NCBI GenBank assembly: GCA_035550595.1
Contig: DASZOV010000004.1
Span: 43,259 to 107,258 of the forward strand
Direction of reading: 5' to 3'
DNA length: 64,000 bases
Source: Vicinamibacterales bacterium
GTDB lineage: Bacteria > Acidobacteriota > Vicinamibacteria > Vicinamibacterales > SCN-69-37
This document shows positions 33,512 to 42,970 of this stretch, one piece after another. Both the position numbers and the translations under genes were made by a program. Position 1 is the stretch's first letter. Every line of letters starts with the position of its first letter. Below the pieces are notes generated by a model. It was not told the origin of the DNA, made no database searches, and worked only from the letters and a program-made list of their open reading frames with translations.

Positions 33512-36406
33512 ATGACCCGTTCATCCGCGCGATCGCACGCTCGGCCCCTGGCCGCAGCCATCGGTACCGGCGCTGCCGTGTGCCTGGCCGCCTTCTCGCT
33601 CGTCACCGCGCAGGCGCCGGGACCCGGCGGCCCGATGAAAGACGATCCGGTCAACGCAGGCGTCGACTGGACGAAACAGCCGTCCGTCCAGCCGAAGACG
33701 CCGGCCGAGGAACTCCGCACGTTCGGCTTGCAGCCCGGCTATCGGATGGAGCTCGTGCTCTCCGATCCGCAGATCGAAGATCCCACCGCGATCATGTTCG
33801 ACGGCGACGGCCGGATGTTCGTCCTCGAGAATCCCGGCTACATGGCCAACAAGGACGCCGAGGGCGAGCTCGATCCGGTCGGCCGCATCTCGCTCTGGAC
33901 CGACACCAATCACGACGGCGTCTACGACACGCACACGGTCTTCGTCGATCACATGGTCTTCCCGCGTTTCGTCACGCCGTACGGTCCGAACACGATCCTC
34001 ACCAAGGAATCGAACGCGCAGGAAGTCTGGAAGTACACCGACACGAACGGCGACGGCGTGGCGGACAAGAAGGAACTCTTCGGCACGGGCTACGGCCGCA
34101 TCGACAACGTCGAGCAGGAAGAAAGCTCGATGACGTGGGCGCTCGACAACTGGCTGTACACGACGTTCAACACCTTCCGCTCGCGCATGACGCCGAGCGG
34201 GCTCGTGAAAGAACGGACCGGCAGCGACCTCGGCTCCGAATGGGGCCTGACGCAGGACGATGACGGGAAGGTCTGGTTCGCGGAAGGATCGAACGGCATT
34301 CCGGCGTACTGGCAGTTTCCGATCGTCTACGGCAACGTCAACATCCGTGACGGCCTCGATCCCGACGCGCGCGTCCCGCACGGCGCCGCGGTTCGCGTCG
34401 CCGACATGCAGGGCGGCATGGGCATCGTTCGCATGCCCGACGGGTCATCGAAACAAACAACGGCAGGTGCAGGCGGCGTGATCATTCGAGGCGATCGGCT
34501 GCCCGAGGCGCTCTACGGCAAGTACTGCTACGGCGAGCCGGTCGCGCGCATGGTGCGCTGCATGGCGGCCGAGAAACGCGAGGGACTGACGTTCCTGCAC
34601 ACGATCACGCCGGACACCGAGTTCATCACGTCGACCGATCCGCTCTTCCGTCCCGTCGATCAGAAGATCGCGCCAGACGGCACGCTCTACATCGCCGACA
34701 TGTACCACGGCATCGTCCAGGAGCGGCAGTGGTCGGGCCCGGGCACCTACATCCGCGCGCGCATCGAGCAGTACGACCTTGACAAGATCGTCCACTACGG
34801 CCGCATCTGGCGGCTGGTGTACGACGGCGTACGGCCCGATCACGCCGACGCGATTCCGCGCGACACGACCGTGCCGCACATGAACGCGGAGACGCCCGCC
34901 CAACTCGTCGCGCACCTCGATCATCCCAACGGCTGGTGGCGCGACACCGCGCAGCAGTTGCTCGTGCTGAAGCAGGATCGGTCCGTCGTGCCGGCGCTCG
35001 AGGCGATGGCGCGTGGCACCGAGCCGAAGGCCGCTTCGGCGAGGCCCGCCGGAGCCTCTGGCGAAGGCGGGCTGCTCGGCCGGTTCCACGCACTCTGGAC
35101 GCTCGAAGGTCTCGGCGCGCTCGACGCGAATCTCGTCCGCGATCTGCTGAAGGATCCCGAGCCGCGGCTTCGCATCCAGGCCATTCGTGCGAGCGAGACG
35201 CTCTACAAAGCCGGCGACAAGTCGTTCGCCGCCGACTACGACGCGCTGGCGAAGGACGCGGACGTCGACGTCGCGATTCAGGCGCTGCTCACGATCAACC
35301 GCTGGAGCGTGCCTGGCGCGCTCGACACGACGCAGGCGGTGATGGCCGCCAATCAGGCACGCGGCATCCAGGAAGTGGGCAAGACGTTCCTGAACGACGC
35401 GGCGCGTGCGGGCCGCGGACGCGGCGGTGTGCCGCTCGCGCCCGAGCAGCAGGCGACGCTCACGCGCGGTCAGGACATCTACAACGGTCTTTGCATCAGT
35501 TGCCACGGGCCGGACGGCACCGGCACGCCAACGGCCGACGGCCACACGACGAAGGCGCCGCCGCTCGCTGGCTCGCCACGTGTCAACGGTCACCGCGACT
35601 ACATCACCAACGTCGTACTCTACGGGTTGACGGGCGCCGTCGATCATCACACCTACACGGACGTCATGATCCCCATGGGGACCAATGACGATGAGTGGAT
35701 TGCAGCCGTGACGTCGTACGTGCGCCACAGCTTCGGCAACACGGGTGGGTTCGTCACGCCCGCCGATGTGGCGCGCGTTCGGAAGGAGAGCGGCACGAGA
35801 ACCGTGTCGTGGGACATCGACGATCTGCAGGCCGCGCTGCCCGTGCCCCTCGTGCGCGACGGCTGGACCGCCACGGCCAGCGACAACGCGGACATCGCGT
35901 CGCGCGCCTTCAGTCTGCAGACGTGGAACAGCGGCGCCCCGCAGCGTGCCGGCATGTGGTTCGAGGTCGAACTACCCGCGTCGCGGCGGCTGACCGAGGT
36001 GCAGTTCGAATCCACCGCGGGCGTCTATCAGGTGGCGCGCGGCCGCATCCTCAACACCGATGCGACCGGCGGCCGCGTGAGCGACGAAGCGCCCGATGCG
36101 ACGCCGCGCGCAACCACGACCGAGCCCCTCACGCCGGGCTATCCACGCGGCTACAAAGTCGACGTCTCGACCGACGGCCGCACGTGGACGACCGTCGCGA
36201 CCGGTCACGACACGACGCACGACATGGTCGCGATCCCTTCGAGCGGCACGGGCCATCGCGGCGAGTCGGCGGCGACGACCATCGTTTCGTTCGCACCGAT
36301 GGACGCGAAGTATCTGCGCATCACGGAAACCGATACGCCCGACGACGCGCCGGTCTGGTCCATCCAGCAACTGCGGCTGTACGAGGCGGGGGCTGGGGTG
36401 AAGTAA
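33512..36406 (+). CDS. PVC-type heme-binding (CxxCH) membrane-bound-dehydrogenase-like protein with HEAT repeats and C-terminal discoidin (F5/8 type C) domain
   Basis: ORF 33377..36406 trimmed to MTRSSARSH... (AGGAGG RBS, signal peptide). N-terminal dehydrogenase-like propeller region, HEAT-like middle (DPEPRLRIQAIRA), CISCHGPDGTG heme site, and a C-terminal discoidin-like domain (ADIASRAFSLQTWNSGAPQRAGMWFEVELP). Confidence 0.8.
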   Translation: MTRSSARSHARPLAAAIGTGAAVCLAAFSLVTAQAPGPGGPMKDDPVNAGVDWTKQPSVQPKTPAEELRTFGLQPGYRMELVLSDPQIEDPTAIMFDGDGRMFVLENPGYMANKDAEGELDPVGRISLWTDTNHDGVYDTHTVFVDHMVFPRFVTPYGPNTILTKESNAQEVWKYTDTNGDGVADKKELFGTGYGRIDNVEQEESSMTWALDNWLYTTFNTFRSRMTPSGLVKERTGSDLGSEWGLTQDDDGKVWFAEGSNGIPAYWQFPIVYGNVNIRDGLDPDARVPHGAAVRVADMQGGMGIVRMPDGSSKQTTAGAGGVIIRGDRLPEALYGKYCYGEPVARMVRCMAAEKREGLTFLHTITPDTEFITSTDPLFRPVDQKIAPDGTLYIADMYHGIVQERQWSGPGTYIRARIEQYDLDKIVHYGRIWRLVYDGVRPDHADAIPRDTTVPHMNAETPAQLVAHLDHPNGWWRDTAQQLLVLKQDRSVVPALEAMARGTEPKAASARPAGASGEGGLLGRFHALWTLEGLGALDANLVRDLLKDPEPRLRIQAIRASETLYKAGDKSFAADYDALAKDADVDVAIQALLTINRWSVPGALDTTQAVMAANQARGIQEVGKTFLNDAARAGRGRGGVPLAPEQQATLTRGQDIYNGLCISCHGPDGTGTPTADGHTTKAPPLAGSPRVNGHRDYITNVVLYGLTGAVDHHTYTDVMIPMGTNDDEWIAAVTSYVRHSFGNTGGFVTPADVARVRKESGTRTVSWDIDDLQAALPVPLVRDGWTATASDNADIASRAFSLQTWNSGAPQRAGMWFEVELPASRRLTEVQFESTAGVYQVARGRILNTDATGGRVSDEAPDATPRATTTEPLTPGYPRGYKVDVSTDGRTWTTVATGHDTTHDMVAIPSSGTGHRGESAATTIVSFAPMDAKYLRITETDTPDDAPVWSIQQLRLYEAGAGVK

Positions 36407-36494
36407 CGGGGGCGAACGGCCCGACGACCGGCCAGCATCGCTGCGATATGATCCCGCATCGCCTGCTGCGTCGGGCTCATTTCGCCGCGCCAGA

Positions 36495-37514
36495 ATGTTT
36501 CCTCCGCTGCCGTCCGATCCGCTCGTCTCGATCGTCATGCCGGCGTACAACTATGCGCGGTTCTTGCCCCAGGCGATCGACAGCGTCCTGTCGCAGGACC
36601 ATCCCCGCATCGAGCTCATCGTCATCGACGATGGATCGACCGATGACACGCCGGACGTGCTGGCGTCGTATGGCGCCCGCCTGTGGTCGGTGCGCCAGCC
36701 CAACGCCGGTCAGACCGTGGCGCTCAATCGCGGTTGGCGGCAGGCGTCGGGCGACGTGATTGGTTATCTCAATGCGGACGACGTGCTGGCGCCTGGAGCG
36801 ATCGCGGCCGGCGTGGACGCGCTCCGGATGCGGCCCGATGCGGTGATGAGCTACGGCGACTTCACGCTCATCGACGCCGAGTCCCGGGAAACCGCGCGGT
36901 GTCGGCTCCCGGACCTCATCGACCTGACGGCGATTCTCCGGTTCGGTCACTCGCCGTTCGGCCCCGGGTCGTTCATCCGTCGGCTCGCGGGGTTGCCGGC
37001 ATGGGACGAGACGTTGTTCCGTGTGCTGGACTTCGACTACGCCCTGCGGCTGGCGTGCCTTGGTCCGTTCGTCCACGTGCCGCGCGTCGTCGCGTCGTTT
37101 CGCGTCCACGAGCAATCCATTTCGTTCGCGAAGCCACCCGACCGTGTGACCGAGGAGTCGATCCGCGTTGTCAGGCAGTTGTACGCCAGCGCGCCGCTGC
37201 CGCCGCGCATCGTCGCCTTGAAGGGCCGCGCGTTCGCCATGGCGCGAATGACGGCAGCGCAGGGGCATCTTCGCGCGCGGCGTTGGCATCGCGCCGCATG
37301 GTGCATCGCCCGCGCCCTCGGTTGTTGTCCAGCGGTGCTCGGCGACGCGTACGCGTATCGTCTCGTCATCAGCGGCGTTGCCGGGCAGTTCCTGCACCGG
37401 CGGCGCTCGCGCCAACTCGCCCACCGCGCGGCGGACACGGCGACCGCGGATTCTCCTGGCGCGGTCGCGGCCGACTTCGTGTCGAGCCAGCGTTCATCGA
37501 GCGCGGGCGACTGA
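36495..37514 (+). CDS. Family 2 glycosyltransferase
   Basis: VSIVMPAYNYARFLPQAIDSVLSQDHPRIELIVIDDGSTDDT ... YLNADDVLAP, the GT-A DxD pattern. Confidence 0.85.
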   Translation: MFPPLPSDPLVSIVMPAYNYARFLPQAIDSVLSQDHPRIELIVIDDGSTDDTPDVLASYGARLWSVRQPNAGQTVALNRGWRQASGDVIGYLNADDVLAPGAIAAGVDALRMRPDAVMSYGDFTLIDAESRETARCRLPDLIDLTAILRFGHSPFGPGSFIRRLAGLPAWDETLFRVLDFDYALRLACLGPFVHVPRVVASFRVHEQSISFAKPPDRVTEESIRVVRQLYASAPLPPRIVALKGRAFAMARMTAAQGHLRARRWHRAAWCIARALGCCPAVLGDAYAYRLVISGVAGQFLHRRRSRQLAHRAADTATADSPGAVAADFVSSQRSSSAGD

Positions 37515-37537
37515 CGCTCGGCGCCTCTGGGGCAACG

Positions 37538-38140
37538 ATGACCGTGTGCATCCGATCCGCGCGTGAGGCCGACGCCGATGCGGTGGCGGCCATCTATCGG
37601 CCCGCCGTGGACGGTTCGGTCATCTCGTTCGAACTCGAGGCGCCGACGGCCGACGTCATGACGCGGCGCATCGCGGAGACGACGGGCATATATCCGTGGC
37701 TCGTGTGTGACATCGATGGCGCGGTGGCTGGCTATGCGTACGCGTCACGTCATGCCGAGCGCGCCGCCTATCGATGGACGGTCAACGTGTCGGTCTACAT
37801 TGCGAGGCCGTTCCATCGCCGGGGGATTGGCCGCGGCCTCTACCTATCCCTTTTCGCCATTCTCGACGCGCAGGGGTATCGCCTGGCGTGTGCCGGCATC
37901 ACGCTGCCCAACGCGGCGAGCGTCGGTCTGCACGAGTCGCTGGGCTTCACACTGGTGGGCGTCTATCGCCGCGTCGGCTACAAGCTCGGCGCGTGGCGCG
38001 ACGTCGGCTGGTGGCAGCGGGCGCTCGCGGCCGATGACGATCGGCCGCCAGCCGAGCCGATCGACTTCGCGACGGTGCAGACGCGCGACGACTGGCCGGC
38101 GCTCGTTGGGCGCGGTGAAGCGTCGGTCGTCGCCGAGTGA
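37538..38140 (+). CDS. GNAT acetyltransferase of the phosphinothricin N-acetyltransferase (PAT/ArsN1-like) type
   Basis: In ORF 36683..38140, start MTVCIRSAREADADAVAAIY. GYAYASRHAERAAYRWTVNVSVYIARPFHRRGIGRGLY...NAASVGLHESLGFTLVG. Confidence 0.8.
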   Translation: MTVCIRSAREADADAVAAIYRPAVDGSVISFELEAPTADVMTRRIAETTGIYPWLVCDIDGAVAGYAYASRHAERAAYRWTVNVSVYIARPFHRRGIGRGLYLSLFAILDAQGYRLACAGITLPNAASVGLHESLGFTLVGVYRRVGYKLGAWRDVGWWQRALAADDDRPPAEPIDFATVQTRDDWPALVGRGEASVVAE

Positions 38141-38163
38141 GCCGCTCAGTCGCGCGTCGACCG

Positions 38164-38478
38164 TCAGTCGTCGTCTTCGAACAGCACGTGACGTTCGCCA
38201 GCCCGGAGATCGCGCGAACGAACGAATCCGACCTGCTTGCGCTTGGAGTCGGTGCGGAGGATCCAGGCGATGTCCTCCATGTGCCAGAGCGACGGATGGT
38301 CGCGGTGCAGATACTCTGAGCAGGACGTGACGCGAAAGGTCACGCGCGTGTTCAGATTGCTGCACCAAGTGATTTCCTCGCGGCTGGAGCATCCGCGGAC
38401 GAGTTTAGCCGAGCGGCAGCTCAGGCACAGGGATGGTTCGTCGTGGCGGGCAGTTCCGCCATGAACGTGAATCTTCAT
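38164..38478 (-). CDS. Cys-rich hypothetical protein (orphan)
   Basis: ORF 38164..38520; likely start MKIHVHGG. CLSC-x8-C-x9-C-x14-C pattern and an acidic tail EDDD. The local DNA looks less GC-rich than its surroundings. Confidence 0.45.
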   Translation of the reverse strand: MKIHVHGGTARHDEPSLCLSCRSAKLVRGCSSREEITWCSNLNTRVTFRVTSCSEYLHRDHPSLWHMEDIAWILRTDSKRKQVGFVRSRDLRAGERHVLFEDDD

Positions 38479-38569
38479 GGTCGTGACCTCGTGAATATGG
38501 ACGACTACGTCATCGCGCACCTCCTGTCAGCGTGCGGACGGCCCAGCGCCGCCATCTGTGGCATGTAAA

Positions 38570-38590
38570 GACGACGATGTCATCGTCGTC
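38570..38590 (-). terminator. Weak hairpin downstream of doc
   Basis: GACGACGATG-T-CATCGTCGTC is a perfect 10-bp stem, but only TTT follows it on the minus strand. Confidence 0.35.
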
Positions 38591-38620
38591 GCGAAAAAGT
38601 CAAACGGCTAGTCGATGCCG

Positions 38621-39037
38621 TTAGCGGGATTCAGACGCGTTCCGCGCATCGGTTTCGACACGACGAACGTATGCGAGAAGCCACGCCGCGAGGGCCACGC
38701 GGTCAGCCTCTCCGGCCGCAACGCTAAGCATCATCCGCTCCTGCTCGTCGACCGCCGCGGCCAATTCGTGTCCGTTGAGCACGAGGAAGACTTCCATTGC
38801 TGCGTGGCCCGCACGCTTGTTGCCATCGAGGAACGGGTGATTCGCAATGAGTGCGAACCCGAGGGCGGCCGCCTTGTCCACGAGCGACGGATGGAGGTCG
38901 AATTCGCCGAACGTCGCTTGTGGCTGCGCGATCGCCGATTCCAGGAGGCCAATGTCGCGAACACCGCTCGCGCCGCCGGTCTGCGCGATAACGGCCGAGT
39001 GAAGATCGATCACCTCACTCAGGGTGAGATAACGCAT
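38621..39037 (-). CDS. doc: Type II toxin Doc (death-on-curing, Fic fold)
   Basis: MRYLTLSEVIDLHSAVIAQTGGASGVRDIGLLESAIAQPQ...IANHPFLDGNKRAGHAAM, the Doc motif HxFxDGNKR. Confidence 0.9.
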   Translation of the reverse strand: MRYLTLSEVIDLHSAVIAQTGGASGVRDIGLLESAIAQPQATFGEFDLHPSLVDKAAALGFALIANHPFLDGNKRAGHAAMEVFLVLNGHELAAAVDEQERMMLSVAAGEADRVALAAWLLAYVRRVETDARNASESR

Positions 39038-39231
39038 CAGGCGAGGCGCCGGTACAGCTCGGCATTCTTGTGCAGCACACGGGTTGCGGCGGCGAGAAAG
39101 TCGTCGTCGCGGCTTGCCAGAAGGTCGCAGAGCGCGGCCCTGGCCAACTCCGATGCGGACACGCCCAGACGTTCGGCCCTTCGCTGCAGTTCGGCGGACT
39201 GCGTCGGTGACAAATCGAAGCTGACGGTCAT
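39037..39231 (-). CDS. Ribbon-helix-helix type antitoxin for Doc
   Basis: ORF 39037..39342 trimmed to MTVSFDLSPTQSAELQRRAERLGVSASELARAAL. Its stop shares 1 nt with the doc ATG (TGATG). Confidence 0.7.
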   Translation of the reverse strand: MTVSFDLSPTQSAELQRRAERLGVSASELARAALCDLLASRDDDFLAAATRVLHKNAELYRRLA

Positions 39232-39322
39232 ATCGACAATGTACAGCGGCTGAATGCCGAGGACAAGCGATCGAGGCGAAGCTCGTGCGCGGCCTTTGCG
39301 GTCAGCCATTACGCGCGTCCCC

Positions 39323-40042
39323 TTACGGGCGCCCGGCGGCAATGTCAGGCGGTCTTCGCCGCAGCAACGACCACGGGAAGAAATACACCGCGTAGATCAT
39401 CGCCACCATCCGGAAGTTGTCGAAGTGCAGGGCGGCTGCGCCGATGAGCAGGAAGATCGTCAGGTGCATCTGCATGACCTGCCGGTACGGCGCGAGTATC
39501 GAGATGTTGTTTGCATCCATGGCGGACTGGGCGGCGTTGGAGCGCGAAGCAGCCACGCGTGGCATCGACGGTTGCCGCACGAAAATTGCGCGCTCGGCGA
39601 CGAACGCGGCCGGCAGGAACGACCAGTAGCGCCGGGCGACGGTCGCGTAGGCATGGAGGCCGGGAAAGCCGGGCGTGCCGTCGACGGGGAAGAACGTGTT
39701 CAAGAACACCGAATGCACGAAATGGAACATCCCGAAGTGGAACGTGAAGAAGCCCAACAGGAAGACGGCGAAGACGATGACGCCGGCGGCCGCTCCTCCG
39801 GTCGGCCGCTCAGTCGTGGCGCCGTTCGCTGCGGTCCGGCCACGCGCGGGAAGCAGGCCGCTCGCGCCCGTGGCCGCCAGTCGTCCCACGCTCCACAGGA
39901 TGGACGAGTAACCGACGACGAGGCTCGACAGCCACAGACTCCAGATGAGATCGCGCGCCTGCCACTGCTGCCACCACGCGAGCGTGAGGCCGCCCGCGAA
40001 GGCGCAGACATCCCATCCCGCGGTTAGCCATCGCCGCCGCAC
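39323..40042 (-). CDS. Polytopic membrane protein (DUF6498-like; assignment from memory)
   Basis: ORF 39323..40165. The N-terminal 40 aa of the ORF are translated from CGCGAAG repeat DNA, so the start was moved to GTG 40042 (VRRRWLTAGWDV). His-rich TM motif FHFGMFHFVHSVF. Confidence 0.5.
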   Translation of the reverse strand: MRRRWLTAGWDVCAFAGGLTLAWWQQWQARDLIWSLWLSSLVVGYSSILWSVGRLAATGASGLLPARGRTAANGATTERPTGGAAAGVIVFAVFLLGFFTFHFGMFHFVHSVFLNTFFPVDGTPGFPGLHAYATVARRYWSFLPAAFVAERAIFVRQPSMPRVAASRSNAAQSAMDANNISILAPYRQVMQMHLTIFLLIGAAALHFDNFRMVAMIYAVYFFPWSLLRRRPPDIAAGRP

Positions 40043-40095
40043 GGCGCAGAGCGTAGCGGGAGTCGGGGAGAGGCGCAATTGGGGACGGAAGATAC

Positions 40096-40133
40096 GGGCG
40101 AAGCCTCGCGCGAAGTCGCGAAGACGCGAAGGG
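40096..40133 (+). repeat. CGCGAAG-octamer array
   Basis: GGGCGAAGCCTCGCGCGAAGTCGCGAAGACGCGAAGGG. Confidence 0.8.
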
Positions 40134-40170
40134 TAGGGATAGAGACAGAGGCCATCGCGCGCCAAGTAAT

Positions 40171-40264
40171 AAATGACGCCGCGAGCCCCCGAGCGCAGCG
40201 AGGGCGGCTAAGCGTGTGAGGCGCGGGATGGGGCCCGCGCCACTGCAAAGAAGATGACTGGCCC
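40171..40264 (+). repeat. REP-like ~90-nt element, copy C
   Basis: AAATGACGCCGCGAGCCCCCGAGCGCAGCGAGGGCGGCTAAGCGTGTGAGGCGCGGGATGGGGCCCGCGCCACTGCAAAGAAGATGACTGGCCCT. The 3' end is identical to copy D. Confidence 0.85.
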
Positions 40265-40268
40265 TCCT

Positions 40269-42959
40269 CTATCCCTCCCGCGCGATCGCCCGCACGGGCT
40301 CGATGCGCATCGCGCGCCGCGCCGGGAGGTAGCTCGTGAGCAGTGTCGTCAGGAGCAGCGCCGCAACGGCGGCGGCGATGACGAACGGATCGGCGGCGTG
40401 AAGGCCGAAGATGCGCTGGCGGAGCAGGTGAATGGCGAGAAACGTCACGCCGCCGCCGATGACCGTCCCGGCGAGGCCGAGCGAGAGGCCCCGACGGATG
40501 ACGTCGCCCAGCACGTCGGCCGGCGTGGCGCCGAGTGCGACGCGCAGGCCGAATTCCGCCGTCCGCGCGGCGACGAGGTATGACAGCACGCCGTACACGC
40601 CGACCGCGGCGATCGCGACCGCGAGCATCGCGAATAACGATACCAGCAGCACTTCGGCCCGGGTCATGTCGAACCGGTGGCCCATCAGAGTCGTCATGGG
40701 CGCCAGGTTTTCGATCACCGCCTCGGCATCGACGCGCCTGACGGCCGAGTGGATCTGAGACGCCATTGCCGCCGGGTCGCCCGTCGTGTGGACGACAACG
40801 TCTGCCCAGAAGCCGGGCGTCTGGAAGAAGGGCACGAAGACGTCGGGGGCAGGCCGTGTCGACGAGTACACGAGCATGTCGCCGACGACACCGACGATCT
40901 CGTACGGCGCGGAGAGCAGCGCACGGCCGCCGGCGACCGGCGGCAGGGTGATCGTGCGGCCGATGGCCGTGCCGTCGGGCCAGAGCGTCCTCGCCACCGT
41001 CTGATTGACGATCGCGACGGGCGGCGCGTGCGCGTCGTCTCGATCCGTGAAGAAGCGGCCGGCGAGGAGCGGCACGCCCAGCGTCCTGAAGTAGCCCGGA
41101 CTGGACGCTCGGATGTCCGCGGCGATCCGTGTGGATGGCTGGTCTCGGCCGGCCGTCAGCGACGCGATGCCCCAGACGCCGAGTTGTCCGCCAGGTGCGC
41201 CCGTCGCGAGTCCGACGGACGCGACGCCGTGCAGTCGAGACATGGCATGGACGACGTCGTGGAAAAATGCGCGGCTCGAGGCGTCGTCACGCACGCGACT
41301 CGACGGCCACGACGAGACCGTCAGCGAGAGGATGTGATCCGCCGAGAAACCATGGTCGACGTGGAGCAGGGCGACGAACGACTTCACCATCAGCCCGCCC
41401 GCGGCGGCGAGCACGAGTGATACGGCGATCTGGACGACGACGAGCACACGCTGCGAGCGCCGGGCAGTTCGGCTGGTGGCCAGCGGCCGCGCGGCCGTTC
41501 GCAGCCTCGGCAACGATCGGATGCGGCCGAAGGCAGGAATGACGCCGCACGTGACGCCGGTGAACATCGTGACGACGAGTGAAGTGAAGAGCACGTGAGC
41601 GTCCACGCGTGCGTCGGCGATCCGCACGGCCGGCACGAACGAGGCGACGAACGGTGTAGCCACCCACGCGACGCACACGCCGACGGCGCCGCCGATCGCC
41701 GATACGACTAGAGATTCGACGATCGCCAGCCGCGCCAGCCGCCATCGGCTGGCGCCAAGGGCAGCGCGGACGACGACGTCGTGCCGGCGCGCGGCGTGCC
41801 GCGCGAGGAACAGGCCGGCGACGTTTGCGCAGGCCATCAGGAGCAGCAGCGCGACCGCGACGAGCAGCGTGCCGAACGCTCTGGCCACGCCGCCGAGCAA
41901 GGAGTCGGCCAGTGACGTGGCGCGCGGCGACCACGTCTGGTTCGTCGCGGGGTATGCCCAGGCGAGACGTGTGCCGATCACGGCCAGCTCTGCGCGGAGC
42001 CCATCGATCGTGGCGTCCGGCTTCAGCAGGCCGATCGCGGTCGAGCCGCGCAGGTGCCGGTCGGATGCGTTGGACACCGGTCTCCACATGACGTCGCCGG
42101 CATAGAACGGGTATCGGAAACCGGGCGGCATGACACCGACCACGGTCACCGTCATGTGCACGGCATGGAGCGTCCGGCCGACGATGTGAGGATCGGAGCC
42201 ATAGGCGTGGCGCCACAGTGCGTCACTCAGGATGGCGACTCGATTGGCGTCGCGCACGTCTTCGGGCGTGAAAGACCGGCCGAGCGCAGGTACCGCCCCC
42301 AGCACCGTGAAGAGGTTCGGCGACACCTGGTAGACGACCGTTCGCTTGGGTTCGCCGCCGTCGTGAAAGACGTCAGCGCCGTACCACCAGTGCGCGACGT
42401 CCGCGAGCGACGGCGCGGCACGATAGTCGCCGATTTCCGGATCGGAGAGCAAAGCGAACGAGCCCGTTTTAGTGTTGACGTCCTCGATCGTCACGAGCCG
42501 ATCCGCGTTCGCGTACGGCAACGGCTTCAGCCAGACGTGGTATGCGAGCGCGTAAATCGTCGTCGTGGCACCGATGCCGAGCGCGAGCGTCGCGATCGTG
42601 AGCGCGGCGAAGCCGGGCTGGCGGGCGATCACGCGTCCCGTCAGACGCAGATCGTGTCCGAGGCCGACGAACGGGCCGCGGGCCCGACGCGGCTCGGCGT
42701 CAGCTTCAGCGTCGCCCGTTCCCCACGTCACGCGCCGGCGCCATCGGTCGGCATGCGCGACGATGCCGGCCAGGCTCACGCGCCAGATCTGACGCGCGAG
42801 CCAGGCCAGTGCGGCGACGCGCCCTGTGGGACGTTCCGCGCGCCACATGTCGTCGAGCATGGCGAGGATCTCGTCGCCGTATCCGTCCCGCAGCGTACGC
42901 GGGTAGAGGCGCACGAGGGCTCGTACGAGACGCGCGACCGGAGCGGGAAGGCCGAGCAT
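40269..42959 (-). CDS. ADOP-type duplicated FtsX/MacB-like permease (copy 2)
   Basis: 896 aa. Prefix domain (YGDEILAMLDDMW) and two FtsX modules, ending ...ARRAMRIEPVRAIAREG. Confidence 0.85.
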   Translation of the reverse strand: MLGLPAPVARLVRALVRLYPRTLRDGYGDEILAMLDDMWRAERPTGRVAALAWLARQIWRVSLAGIVAHADRWRRRVTWGTGDAEADAEPRRARGPFVGLGHDLRLTGRVIARQPGFAALTIATLALGIGATTTIYALAYHVWLKPLPYANADRLVTIEDVNTKTGSFALLSDPEIGDYRAAPSLADVAHWWYGADVFHDGGEPKRTVVYQVSPNLFTVLGAVPALGRSFTPEDVRDANRVAILSDALWRHAYGSDPHIVGRTLHAVHMTVTVVGVMPPGFRYPFYAGDVMWRPVSNASDRHLRGSTAIGLLKPDATIDGLRAELAVIGTRLAWAYPATNQTWSPRATSLADSLLGGVARAFGTLLVAVALLLLMACANVAGLFLARHAARRHDVVVRAALGASRWRLARLAIVESLVVSAIGGAVGVCVAWVATPFVASFVPAVRIADARVDAHVLFTSLVVTMFTGVTCGVIPAFGRIRSLPRLRTAARPLATSRTARRSQRVLVVVQIAVSLVLAAAGGLMVKSFVALLHVDHGFSADHILSLTVSSWPSSRVRDDASSRAFFHDVVHAMSRLHGVASVGLATGAPGGQLGVWGIASLTAGRDQPSTRIAADIRASSPGYFRTLGVPLLAGRFFTDRDDAHAPPVAIVNQTVARTLWPDGTAIGRTITLPPVAGGRALLSAPYEIVGVVGDMLVYSSTRPAPDVFVPFFQTPGFWADVVVHTTGDPAAMASQIHSAVRRVDAEAVIENLAPMTTLMGHRFDMTRAEVLLVSLFAMLAVAIAAVGVYGVLSYLVAARTAEFGLRVALGATPADVLGDVIRRGLSLGLAGTVIGGGVTFLAIHLLRQRIFGLHAADPFVIAAAVAALLLTTLLTSYLPARRAMRIEPVRAIAREG

Positions 42960-42970
42960 GCGGGTTTCGC

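Noticed and set aside
35995-36025. tRNA-like T-loop string GTTCGAATCC.
   Set aside because: The flanking bases (GGTGCA...CACCGC) do not form a T-stem, no acceptor or anticodon arms can be drawn, and it lies inside the well-supported heme-binding dehydrogenase CDS.
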